DNA of 64,000 nt from Octopus sinensis (taxonomy: Eukaryota), in NCBI RefSeq assembly GCF_006345805.1, contig NC_043024.1, forward strand, positions 17,980,001-18,044,000, given 5' to 3'. How positions within the stretch are numbered: the stretch's first letter is position 1; each line of letters begins with the position of its first letter. Made by a program: the position numbers and the translations under genes. The notes below the pieces were generated by a model, which was not told the origin of the DNA, ran no database searches, and saw only the letters and a program-made list of their open reading frames with translations. Below, in pieces: positions 1 through 11,109 of this stretch.

Positions 1-1821
1 CTGAGAAATGTAAGAAGGATACAGAGGATAAATGGTCTGACTTTGTCTCATTAGTTATAGGTATTAGTTGAAGAATTCCAAACCAAAAGATTACTTTACA
101 TCATCAAGAATTTAACTGTTCCTTGGGGACAAGAATGGTATTGGAATTGGTAACAACAACCAATCAATATTTGTGATAGATTTTTCTACAATTTGAAGAA
201 CAATCGAATAAAAAGGATTTGTTTTTTAATAAAAGTTGAAGACAATAATAGTTATGCCATGTGTAAGATAGAATTTCATTGGAATATAACAGGAAAGAAA
301 CAAAGCAAAAAAAAATTGAAAAAGAACACAGAAAAAGCCCCTTGATGTATTGAGGAGAAAAAAAGGGAGGTTGTAGATAATAAAATTGTGAAGAAATTGT
401 CTGAAAATAAGATAGGATGACCAACTTTGGAATGCCTTTAATTATAAATCTATTTGATCAGAGCTGACTGGGGGCTAAGCATCAACAAAAATTTCATGGT
501 TGGAAGGAGACTTATTCAGCCGTAAAAGACAAACATTGGTTCCAATAAATAAACCAGGGAAACCAACTATAAAACTAAACAGTTTTAAAATTAATCAATT
601 AATTATTTAATTAATTCTGCTCCAGATAGTCTCTTTTATCATCTCCTCTCACTTGCAGGATCTTCCCAAGTGACGATCTATGACCTTTCAGAAACTGTAG
701 TCAAATTTCCCTGAAATCTTATTCTAAGTTCATTAATATCGAGATATGTGTTTCTGAAATACAAAAACGATAGGATGGTCATGGCTGGAGCAACTTTGAT
801 CACACATGTTCCCATGCCTGATCCTTTTACCTCCTATGGAGAGTGGTAGGATCTTAGGTATGATCTTCTGGTCACTAGTCTGGTCCCTCTGTTACAACTG
901 TAAAGTAGATTTGGTAGATGGAATCTGAAAGATGCCCATCGTGTGTGTGCGTGTGTGTGTGTGTGTTTGCCCTCCACCACCACCACCTCTTGATGACCAG
1001 TCAAGCAGTCTGGTAAAAGAGATCAATAGAATAATTACCAGACTTAAAAAAATAAAAATAAATAACTACTGAGATCAATTCATTCAATAAAATTCTTCAA
1101 GATAGTGCCCCAGCATGGCCGCAGTCTAAGGACTGAAACATAAAAAACAGAAGATAACAGATAAATGGTTCACCAATACTTGACCGATTCTACCAGTTCC
1201 ATCATCCTTCTAAATTATGATTGGTTAATAAAGCAAATTCTTTGTATTTCTTCATTTTTTCCTTTTGTTTTATTTGTGTACTTTTATTTAATTCTTTATA
1301 AATAATAATTTTATTCTAAAAGACATTGTTTTATCACCATTAATTCTTGTTCTATCGTTAGAAGCAATTAGTTATTTATTCGTTTAATATAAATTGACTT
1401 CTTAGACTTTTACCATAAGATTTATGCCATTTTTTTTTCTTTGCTCATCTCTTTTTTCCCCCTATTTTTGGAATTTTAATTATTAATGTAGTTCAGTTAA
1501 TTTTTTTTTACATCTTTTTCTTGTTATTGGTTAAAGTTAATAGCTTTTTAATTAGCTTGTTAACGTGTCCTCTTAATTGTTCTGACCTTGGAGATAATGG
1601 TTGTTGTACTACTGGGAACAACAGTGTTGACATTTCTATGTATCTACGTGTGTGTGTTGACATTTCTATGTATACATGCATTTATGTATGTATACATGCA
1701 TTTATGCATGTAAGTATGTACTTATGTAAGTATGTAAGGATTTATGCATGCATGTATGTATAAAATGGTTCGATGGATGCATGCATGTATGTACATATAG
1801 ATGTATATTGAAGTACAACAT

Positions 1822-2735
1822 ATCATCATCGTTTAACGTCCGCTTTCCATGCTAGCATGGGTTGGACGGTTCAGCTGGGGTCTGGGAAGCCAGAAGGCTG
1901 CACCAGGCCCAGTCCGATCTGGCAGTGTTTCTACAGCCAGATGCCCTTCCTAACGCCAACCACTTCATGAGTGTAGTGGGTGCTTTTTACATGCCACCGG
2001 CACAGGTGCCAGACGAGGCTGGCAAACGGCCACAATCGGATGGTGCTTTTTACATGCCACCAGCACGGAGGCCAGTCAGGGCGGCGCTGGCAACAGCTAC
2101 ATTCGGATGGTTCTCTTACGTCCCACCAGCACTGGTATCACAACTACAATTTCCATTAATTTTGATCGATTTCAATTTCGACTTCACTTGCCTCAACAGG
2201 TCTTCGCAAGTAGAGTTTTCTGTCCCAAGAAGGAAAGGTATGCATAAGTGGACTGGCTACATCCCAGGTAGAGGCCACGGGTTATGGTCTCACTTGTCCT
2301 GCCAGGTCTTCTCACGCACAGCATACTTCCAAAGGTCTCAGTCACTAGTCATTGCCTCGGTGAGACCTAAAGTTTGAAGGTTGTGCTTCACCACCTCGTC
2401 CCAGGTTTTCCTGAGTCTACCTCTTCCACAGGTTCTCTCAACCGCTAGGGTGTGGCACTTTTTCACACAACTTTCTTCATCCATTCTCGCCACATGACCA
2501 TACCAGCGCAAATGTCTCTCTTGCACACCACAACTGATGCTTCTTAGGTCGAGAGGCCTTTTGTCACCAGCAGAGGTAAGAGCTCTCTGAACTTTGCCCA
2601 GGTTATTCTTACTCTAGCAGTTACACTTTCAGCACACCCGCCCCCGCTACTGACTTGGTCACCTAGGTAATGGAAGCTATTGACTACTTTTAGTTTTTCT
2701 CCCTGGAATGTGGCGGAAGTTGGTCTCTGCACATT
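1822..2735 (-). mobile_element. RTE-clade LINE, 5'-truncated 3' fragment with internal deletion and (GAT)n tail
   Basis: ORF pieces 2544-2732 (YLGDQVSSGGGCAESVTARVRITWAKFRELLPLL) and 2338-2526 (LRWYGHVARMDEE..GRGRLRKTWDEVV) match the RTE ORF2 C-terminus. The 3' UTR and tail are shared with the copies at 31360, 36640 and 55366. Confidence 0.9.
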
Positions 2736-2789
2736 TTCAGTATTTATTGCTCCTATGCACCCTTTTAAATCCTAGCCAGGCTCATGAGC

Positions 2790-3005
2790 CTGGTTTCCTG
2801 GTTTTAATGGCATATGTGTTCCTCAGCTGGATGGGATGCCAGTCCTTTGCAGGATTACTCATTTTTGCCAGCTGAGTGGACTGGAGCAACGAGAAATGAA
2901 GTGTTTTGCTCAAGAACACAACGCGTCACCTGGTCCAGGAATCGAAACCACAATCTTATGATCATGATGCTGACACCCTAACCACTAAGCCACGTGCTTC
3001 CACTC
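2790..3005 (-). mobile_element. tRNA-derived SINE (family C)
   Basis: Reverse complement gives the head GTGGCTTAGTGGTTAGGG..TTCGATTCC then GTTGTGTTCTTGAGCAAAACACTT. It is homologous to the + copy at 46692-46930. Confidence 0.8.
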
Positions 3006-3175
3006 AGCATAAATATATATATATATATACATATAGAAATATATACAAAGTATGGGGGTTTAGTTCACAGGTGATCTAAGCAATTAGGTATGCTAGGTAA
3101 GTGTTGTAATGGATTACTTAGGCTCCAAGGTTGTAGCCGAGACAGTAGTTCAGATTTCTGATATATCGGATATAT

Positions 3176-3316
3176 AATTGTTAAAGAGGACAGCAAATGT
3201 TAAGGCAAGGCAAACATCTCAAGTGGTATATAATATTATTATTGGTCCAATAATAATAATGCATATGACTTGAGATGTTTGCCTTGCCTTAATGTTTGTT
3301 GTCCTCTTTAACAATT
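3176..3316. repeat. Inverted repeat / hairpin with 49-bp arms
   Basis: 3176-3224 pairs with 3268-3316; the three non-Watson-Crick positions are all G-T on the + strand. Confidence 0.9.
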
Positions 3317-3450
3317 GGAAGGGCATCCAGCTGTAGAAACACTGCCAGATCAGACTGGAGCCTGGTGCAGCCTCCTGGCTTTCCAGACCCCAGTAGAACC
3401 GTCCAACCCATGCTAGCATGGAAAACAGACATTAAACGATGATGATGATG
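3317..3450 (+). mobile_element. RTE 3' tail fragment
   Basis: GGAAGGGCATCCAGCTGTAGAAAC..CCAACCCATGCTAGCATGGAAA..AAACGATGATGATG. Confidence 0.85.
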
Positions 3451-3569
3451 ATATATGTATATACATATATATGTATATATATATATATTTATTTATAAAT
3501 TACCATCAACTCTTCTGTTGTTAGGCAACATATGAGGGTTCGGCAATTTCTTCCCAAACAACAACACAG

Positions 3570-3714
3570 ATTCTGTTGTGTCTGGGGAGAGTCATTTTCT
3601 TTTTGTGCCTTATAATTTAAGACACTCACCGGTAAAATTTCCACTTATTTACCGGTTAGTGTGTTAAATTATAAGGCACAAAAAGAAAGTGACTCTCCCC
3701 AGACACAGCAGAAT
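3570..3714. repeat. Inverted repeat with 67-bp arms and 11-nt loop
   Basis: 3570-3636 vs 3648-3714; 2 mismatches plus 2 T-G pairs. Confidence 0.9.
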
Positions 3715-4064
3715 ATGCTTCAACACACAAACTCATATAAAGAATCTTGCAAACCAAATCCCAAAACCAAACGACACAGATGATTTGTTTATAGTAATCA
3801 AATGTTTGTTTACACATAAGCTCACTCATTCCATGAAATCGACATTAACTATACGGGTGCAGCATGCGCCACATGTCAGATGACAGAATTATCGCAGAGC
3901 AATGTGAAATGAAGTGCTTTGCTCAAGAACACAATGTGTGACACCCGGTCTGGGAATCGAACCCATGATCTCACAGCCATGACTGCAACACCTTAACTAC
4001 AGTGAAAAAGGTGTTATTTCGAACATGGATGCATGTATATATGTATGTATATTAAAATAAAGAA

Positions 4065-4104
<40 letters not shown>

Positions 4105-4114
4105 ACAAGAAGAT

Positions 4115-4271
4115 AATATTTTGAATGTAGTATAGCCATGAAAACAGCAGAAAAATTAGGTATTATTACCCTTATATGATGGAAAAACATTGTCAACAGG
4201 TTCCATCTGATAAGGTTAATAATATCTCATCTTTCTGCTGTTTTGATGGTTATACTACATTCAAAATATTA
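4115..4271. repeat. Inverted repeat with ~70-bp arms and 16-nt loop
   Basis: TAATATTTTGAATGTAGTATAGCCATGAAAACAGCAG.. pairs with ..CTGCTGTTTTGATGGTTATACTACATTCAAAATATTA. Confidence 0.85.
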
Positions 4272-4477
4272 CTTTTTTGTCTGTACAACATGATACACAT
4301 TTGATGTTTCTAGAAACAAACTATAAGTTTGTTTACATATGTTGTTGTTGTGTGTATATATATATATATATATATAATTTTAATCCAAACGGGAAACAAA
4401 AAAACAACAACAATGGAACAATTACAGTATTATTATTAATAGGCGCTCAGGAAAAGGAAATATATATATATACTTTT

Positions 4478-4630
4478 CTACTCTAGGCACAAGACCCAAA
4501 ATTATGGGGGAGGAGGCCAGTCAATTAGATCGACCCCAGTATGCAACTGGTACTTAATTTATCAACCCCAAAAAGATGAAAGGCAAAGTTGACCTTGGCG
4601 GAATTTGAACTCAGAACGTAAAGACTGAGG
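4478..4630 (-). mobile_element. SINE family B fragment (conserved central domain)
   Basis: Reverse complement contains GAGTTCAAATTCCGCCAAGGTCAACTTTGCCTTTCATC..GATAAATTAAGTACCAG; more than 8 copies occur in the window. Confidence 0.8.
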
Positions 4631-4688
4631 AAATATATACATATATATATATATATATATGCATATATATATATATATATACAAATAT

Positions 4689-4733
<45 letters not shown>

Positions 4734-4883
4734 ATATGTGTGTATATATATATATATATATACATATACATACACCCATCCACACACACACATATATATA
4801 GTCAATTAAAATAAATGAATAAAAAGCGGACATGAAGTTGTGCACAAGGAATGTATTCGTTTGATGCTCAGTGAAAGGGGAGA

Positions 4884-4918
4884 GTTTGACATTTCAAGCA
4901 CGACTCTTTGTCAGAAAC
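4884..4918 (-). ncRNA. Degenerate minimal hammerhead ribozyme motif (PLE-type)
   Basis: Reverse complement: GTTT CTGACAA A GAGT CGT GCTT GAAAT GTC AAAC; same family as 14388-14422. Confidence 0.45.
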
Positions 4919-4962
4919 GAGAAAGGGAAAAGTCCAAAGAAGGAAAAGAAGTTGCCAACAGC

Positions 4963-5005
<43 letters not shown>

Positions 5006-5331
5006 GATAAATCTCAGAGCGAGATCATTGTTTGATTTCACTTTTTCAATATCAATGTCAATCGATACTGGAAAAAGTATATGTATTTGTGAAGGGAACC
5101 GAATTCTCATCGACAACTATGATTGTCACACACCGATGACGGGTCAATACCATGAAACTCGAGTCCATGTGTATCATAAGTTGAAGACAGGAAGGATGGC
5201 TTCCCTTCGCAAATACTGATAGGGCACAGAAAGTGTGTCTATAGCCAGCTGGAGGAGGTGTCCTCCTGGGGCTACAAACTACAGTAGCATCCACCCTTAG
5301 GGGTTAGCCATATTCAAATGGCAAATATACG

Positions 5332-5380
<49 letters not shown>

Positions 5381-5443
5381 GTACAGCATATAAATTTATA
5401 AATTTGTTTATTTAAATTATTGGTATTAAAAAAATAAGATTTA

Positions 5444-5641
5444 CAGTAATCCTTCGCCATATCATGGGTCACCTATTACAGTTCACATATCGCGGTTTAT
5501 TATTTAAGCTTCCATCGATTCCTCTCTGGTGTTAATAAAAATACATGCACATTACAGTACTGTTTCTACTTCGCAGATAGATTTTTCACTTATTGCAGTG
5601 TATCTTGGAATATAACACCTACGACAGTCAAGGGATTACTG
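5444..5641. mobile_element. pogo/Tigger-like MITE
   Basis: TA-CAGTAATCCTTCG ... CAAGGGATTACTG-TA: terminal inverted repeats with TA flanks. Confidence 0.75.
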
Positions 5642-5736
5642 TATGTAGGGGGAGAGTTCACGAAAAAAACAAAAGACAAAGACAGGTGGTGTAGAAAACA
5701 AACACGTATTAGTATAATGCTCAGGAATTGAAAAAT

Positions 5737-5772
5737 CTTTTACGTTTCGAGCCTATGCTCTTCTACAGAAAG
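5737..5772 (-). ncRNA. Minimal hammerhead-like motif, A6U variant
   Basis: Reverse complement: CTTT CTGTAGA A GAGC ATAG GCTC GAAAC GTA AAAG; helices I and II intact, ACGT palindromic helix III. Confidence 0.5.
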
Positions 5773-5887
5773 GGACACAGAAAAAAACAAGGAGACATTG
5801 GGGTTTCTTGCCTTGTATGTCCCTCTTCACACCTTACCCTGCACACCCTCTTTTGCCCTCTTTAATACCCTCCTTCTCTCTCTCTCC

Positions 5888-5927
<40 letters not shown>

Positions 5928-6961
5928 GCACTCTCTGTCCTGCACACTGTGCCATACCCCACCTGTATAATGAGGAATAATACTCGGTCTGTTCAAATTC
6001 AATTTCCTTTCTACTATTACTACTACTACTACTAGTAGTAGTAGTATTACTATTGCTACTGCTACTACTACTATTACTATTATTACTACTACACTCTTAC
6101 ACACAATCTCTCCCTCTTTCTCTTCTCTCTTCTTTCTTCCATCCTCGTACCTGTGTAAAAAGGACTTGCATTGAATCTATTGGTATCTTACAGGCCCATT
6201 GTCCAACCCTCGGCAACGCTAGCCCCCATCAACTCTTCACCCCTTAGTTACTCATTATTGATTATCTATCACTCACATACCACTGTGCATCCCTACAACT
6301 ATCCAAATGTCATTCTCTCTCTCTCTCTCTCTCTCCTACAAACAATACCCTTCCGCACTACTATACTTATTGACATCCATCACTCTCTCTTACCATCAAT
6401 GCATTGCCATTACTGTTTCTCTTCCATTGCTTCCTCCTCTACTACTCACACACCCGAGTGTCTTTTTTTCTTTCTTATCTTACCCTCACTTCCTTCACTG
6501 TCTCACTTTATTCATATTCTGTCATTGTCCTTTTATTCTATTCCCCCTTTTCATAATCTTACTTTGAACATATAGTGATAACATAGCAGATTGAAGTTTA
6601 TTTAGTCTTGTGAGGTACAAGGTAGCCTCACTAATGCTGGTGCCATGATAAAACACACAAACTACACTCTGTAAGGTGGTTGATGTCGGGAAGGTCATCC
6701 AGTCATAGAGACAAAGAGAAAATATAGAATATATTATTGAACCATAGTCCTCCAAGCAAGATTCAAAGGCAGTAACTCCAAATAAGACTTGTCTTGGGCT
6801 TTGACAAGCCATGCAACTGATTACAGCATGGAAAGCAGATGTAAAATAATGATGATGGTAAACATATCAAATGACTTTGTTTAAATTACTGGAATTACAA
6901 AAGAAATTATATATGTTTGTGTGTGTATAAAAATACAAAGAGAAAATATTAATATGAACAC

Positions 6962-7019
<58 letters not shown>

Positions 7020-7086
7020 TAAAGATATATATATATGTGTATGTGTGTGTGCGTGTATAGGTATAGATATATATATATATATAAAC

Positions 7087-7119
<33 letters not shown>

Positions 7120-7639
7120 CATATAATCTTTCTGACTTTATGATGAAGCAGATACAAAGTGCGCATGTGTGTGTATATCTATATATATTTAGATATATAC
7201 ATATATCTTTGTGCGTGTGTGTGTGTATGTACACATATTATTTTGTTTTTTTTTCTGTTTGTTTTATTTTTGTTGTCTTATTCCTAGTTTCACTTTGTCA
7301 ATGCTAACAAGTCAAGAGATAATTTACTTTGTAATTACATTTTTTTTTTGTTTCCATTTCTGTCATGTGACTGGTATTTAATCATGTTTTATTAATTCCC
7401 TTGACTAATTCGTTAACTAATTGATTTCTTCATCTATTTTCACTGCTCATTCATTCACTCACTCATTCATTCCATATCATTCTGATTCTGATCAGTCATT
7501 TTGTTCAGCTTCTTTGATTTAAATTTCAGTTACTGTTGTTTAACCCTAGGTCAACCCACATCAACCACCTGTATTATTACAGTTATTTCTTATGGCCACA
7601 ATCCAATCTTCGTTGTAACAGACACTGTATTAAAATCTA

Positions 7640-7820
7640 AATGGCAGAATCATTAGCACACCAGGCAAAATGCTTAGTGGCATTTCATCAGTCATTACAT
7701 TCTGAGCTCAAATCCCACCAAGGTCCACTATGCCTTTCATCTTTTTGGGGTCAATAAAATAAGTATCAGCTGGATACTCCCACTCCAAAATTGCTGGCCT
7801 TGTACCAAGATCAGAAATCA
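7640..7820 (+). mobile_element. SINE family B
   Basis: GGCAGAATCATTAGCACACCAGGCAAAATGCTTAG..GAGCTCAAATCCCACCAAGGTCCACTATGCCTTTCATC. Confidence 0.75.
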
Positions 7821-7865
7821 TTATTACCTCCACTCTAGTGAAGGCTGAGGTATTGTTTTCAGTCA

Positions 7866-8010
7866 TGTTTGTTTGTTTGTCTATGGACAAGATATCTCAA
7901 GAACCACTGGATGGATTCAAATGAAACTTGCAGGGATGTTTGGCCTTGTGACTGGCATAGTCTCATTACATTTTGGGATCAATCTGGTACTGAACAAGGA
8001 TTCTGGATTA
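7866..8010 (+). mobile_element. Non-autonomous Helitron/HINE-like element fragment
   Basis: (GTTT)n followed by GATATCTCAAGAACCACTGGATGGATTCAAATGAAACTTG, the motif typical of invertebrate HINE/DINE-like repeats. Similar motifs occur at 9950 and 11609. Confidence 0.5.
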
Positions 8011-8796
8011 TTTTCCTTTTTTTTTTACTTTACATGTGAAGTTTTACATAGTTCTCTTGCATATGCACACACATATACTCATCCATTTTCAGCATTGAAC
8101 ATTACCATCCCATTTCCATTGTACACACACACACACATGCAAATATACCTCTCTTTTACACACACATATACTCAACTTCAAATGCTGTTTATCAGCTTTT
8201 TCACTCCTTCCTTCATTATTCATCTATCACCCCCTTTCTTTCTCATTCATACAACCCTCTCTTTGCCACTTTGTTTCGTCTTTCTCATTGTCATTACTTT
8301 CTCACTCTATCTCAGTCATGGCTGGCTCTCACTCTCACTACTTCTCCTTCACTGTATTAGTATTTCATCTCCTCTCCTTTCACCTCTCACTCAGTATATA
8401 TATATATATATTTGGATTATTTTTCCAAAGAATCGTTGTTATTGCTTATCTTTTTTGGCTGATCAGCTCTTGTCAAACCATTTGACTGATGCCAGCATAG
8501 AAAAGGAATGTTAAATGATGATGTGTGTGGAGCCCAGGGAAACAGCATCCATATCCTTTTCTTGAGACAGCAGGGTGTGTAGTGACAAGATGAGAGTTCT
8601 GCTGCTGTCACTGGTCATGTTTTATTTTTTCTCCAGACAAACCCCTTCCCCACATTATTTAACATGACATCAATTTGTTCATCTTGCTATCAGTGAAGGA
8701 ATAAGTAACCAAGTCAGCAAAGGAATGCCAGCTTAAGTGGACTATCTTCTTATCCAGGATGTAGTTGTGTGTGTGTGCGTGAGTGTGTGTGTGTGC

Positions 8797-8829
<33 letters not shown>

Positions 8830-8833
<4 letters not shown>

Positions 8834-9545
8834 TTAGGGAGTATATCCAAACTTACAGGGAAAAATTAGATTTAGGATTAAATCAAATTTCACAGTATAA
8901 ATATAAATTAAATTAGAGATAAAACCACTATTAGGCAACTCAAAGAGTGATAGACATAAACCAAAACATAAAAACAAAAAATAAATATAATTAATATAAT
9001 ATACAATATACATATAAAATATAAATTTTAAAATTTAAATTATTAAAATTTGAAATTTAAAAATTTATATTTATAAATTTTTATGATATTTATGTTTTTA
9101 TATTTTTAAATTTTTTAATTTTTAAACTTTTATTTTTTTAATTTTTCATTTTTTTATTTTTTATTTATTTTTAAACTAACCAAAAAGTATAAAAATGTTA
9201 AATATAATATAATAAGTAAAGACACTACGTACGTTTCATGGCTATTATTCAATTCGAATTACAATTAAGTTTAAACTCAAAAATTCAAATTAAAATCATA
9301 GTCAATCTTCAGGTTAATGAAATAGAGTTAAACAATATTTTTTAAGAAATAAATAAAATAATGATTTTTCTTATAAAAAATTATCAAATTATTATTATCA
9401 AATATTATCAAATTAGAAACTTAAAACATTAGGATTATGTCATACAACCCATTTATTATGTGATATATTAATTTATAAGGTTAAAAAATAGATAAAAAAG
9501 GTATTTATCTATTAAGATATAATATGGCTTTAAAATATATATCTA
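8830..9545 (-). mobile_element. AT-rich PLE-associated repeat with degenerate hammerhead
   Basis: Reverse complement of 9221-9318: CTGAAGA..ATAGCCAT GAAAC GTAC GTA. It shares AATAGTGGTTTT(A/G)TCTCTAATT with the hammerhead-bearing segment near 48800. Confidence 0.4.
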
Positions 9546-9549
9546 TATA

Positions 9550-9945
9550 TTCTTTTATTTGTTTCAGTCATTTGACCGTGGTTGTGCTGGAGCACTGCCT
9601 TTAGTTGAACAAATCAACCCTAGGACTTATTCTTTGTAAACCTAATACTTATTCTACCGGTCACTTTTGTCAAACTGCTAAGTTACAGGAATGTAAACAC
9701 ACCAACACCGGTTGTCAAGCGATGATGGGGAAACAAACACATACACACAAACATAGCCACACACATATATATATATACAATGGGCTGCTTTCAGTTTCCG
9801 TGTACCAAATCCACTCACATGGTTTTGGTTGACCTGAGGCTATAATAGAAGACACTTATCCATGGTGCTACGCAGTGGGATTGAACCTGAAATCATGTGG
9901 TTGGTAAGTAAGCTACTTACCACACAGCCACTTCTGCACCTATTT
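9550..9945 (-). mobile_element. tRNA-derived SINE family A, full length
   Basis: Head GTGGCTGTGTGGTAAGTAGC..GGTTCAATCCC, central microsatellite, tail ..CAAATGACTGAAACAA. Confidence 0.85.
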
Positions 9946-9947
9946 TT

Positions 9948-10140
9948 CTATATATATGTAAAACTGAGAATTTTTATCTGTCTGTCTGTGTGAATGCCTA
10001 AAACTTGAGAACTACACAACCAATTTCATTCAAATTTTACACATGCCTTACTTAGGGTCAATGTAGTGTCACGGGCATAAAAAATTTTCACTTCTTGCCT
10101 AGGGCGAGCCCACAGCAATATCATATCTTCTCCACTATTT
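9948..10140 (+). mobile_element. Helitron/HINE-like 5' end
   Basis: TCTATATATATGTAAAA..(TCTG)n..AAAACTTGAGAACTACACAACCAATTTCATTCAAATTTTAC. Confidence 0.5.
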
Positions 10141-10228
10141 CAGTATTACATGTTAAAAGTGAAACAAAAACATCTCTCTATGTCAGATGCTTTCACTTTA
10201 ATACTGAAACTAATAAAGTGAAACTATT

Positions 10229-10374
10229 ATATAAGAGGGATGAACTATTAGTGGACATCCATTTTGCTAGAAGAAGATCAACTATGGTCTTACCACTAAC
10301 AAAGGAATGGTAAGACCATAGTGGATTGTCTTCTAGCATAATGGATGTCCTCTTACAAGTCATCTCTCTTATAT
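10229..10374. repeat. Inverted repeat with 67-bp arms and 12-nt loop
   Basis: GGACATCCATTTTGCTAGAAGAAGATCAACTATGGTCTTACCA pairs with TGGTAAGACCATAGTGGATTGTCTTCTAGCATAATGGATGTCC. Confidence 0.85.
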
Positions 10375-10516
10375 GTAATATAATTTGTTCTGAAACTTCA
10401 GACTTCTCAATATGCTACACCACTGGTTTTAAATTGATATCAATCAAATTAATATTCAATTTTTAACCCTTATTATTTAAAATTTAAATTTACATGTGTG
10501 TGTATATATATATATA

Positions 10517-10569
<53 letters not shown>

Positions 10570-10608
10570 AGATAGATATATATATATATATATACATGTA
10601 TATATATA

Positions 10609-10652
<44 letters not shown>

Positions 10653-10770
10653 CAATAATAATTCTCTAAATGAGATATAGACAGTAACTGCTCCATAACA
10701 TAAGGGACTAAAGCCATCTGAATATGGCTAGGGACAGGGCAGGGTGGTATATGTATATATATATTATATA

Positions 10771-10889
10771 ACCCATGCTAGCATGGAAAACGGACGCTAA
10801 ACGATGATGATGATGATATATATATATATTATATATATATATATCATCATCATCATCGTTTAGCGTCCGTTTTCCATGCTAGCATGGGT
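10771..10889. repeat. Palindrome made of two RTE terminal tails facing across (AT)n
   Basis: ACCCATGCTAGCATGGAAAACGGACGCTAAACGATGATG and its exact reverse complement. Confidence 0.9.
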
Positions 10890-11109
10890 ATATAATATAT
10901 ATATATACATACATATATATATATATGTATATATATAGATGTATATGTATACATGTATATGTATACATGTATTTCTATAGATATAGATGTATATGTATAC
11001 ATGTATATGTGTAGATGTATATATATATATATATATAGATGTACATGTAATATGTACACATATATACATGCATACATATATATACACATACACACACACC
11101 ACACACATG

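Noticed and set aside
10144-10309. Apparent 166-nt exon (TTTCAG|..LPLTKEW|GTAAGA) with good splice sites
   Set aside because: Its 3' half is the left arm of the 10229-10374 inverted repeat and the donor lies in the right arm. The acceptor adjoins a Helitron-like repeat.
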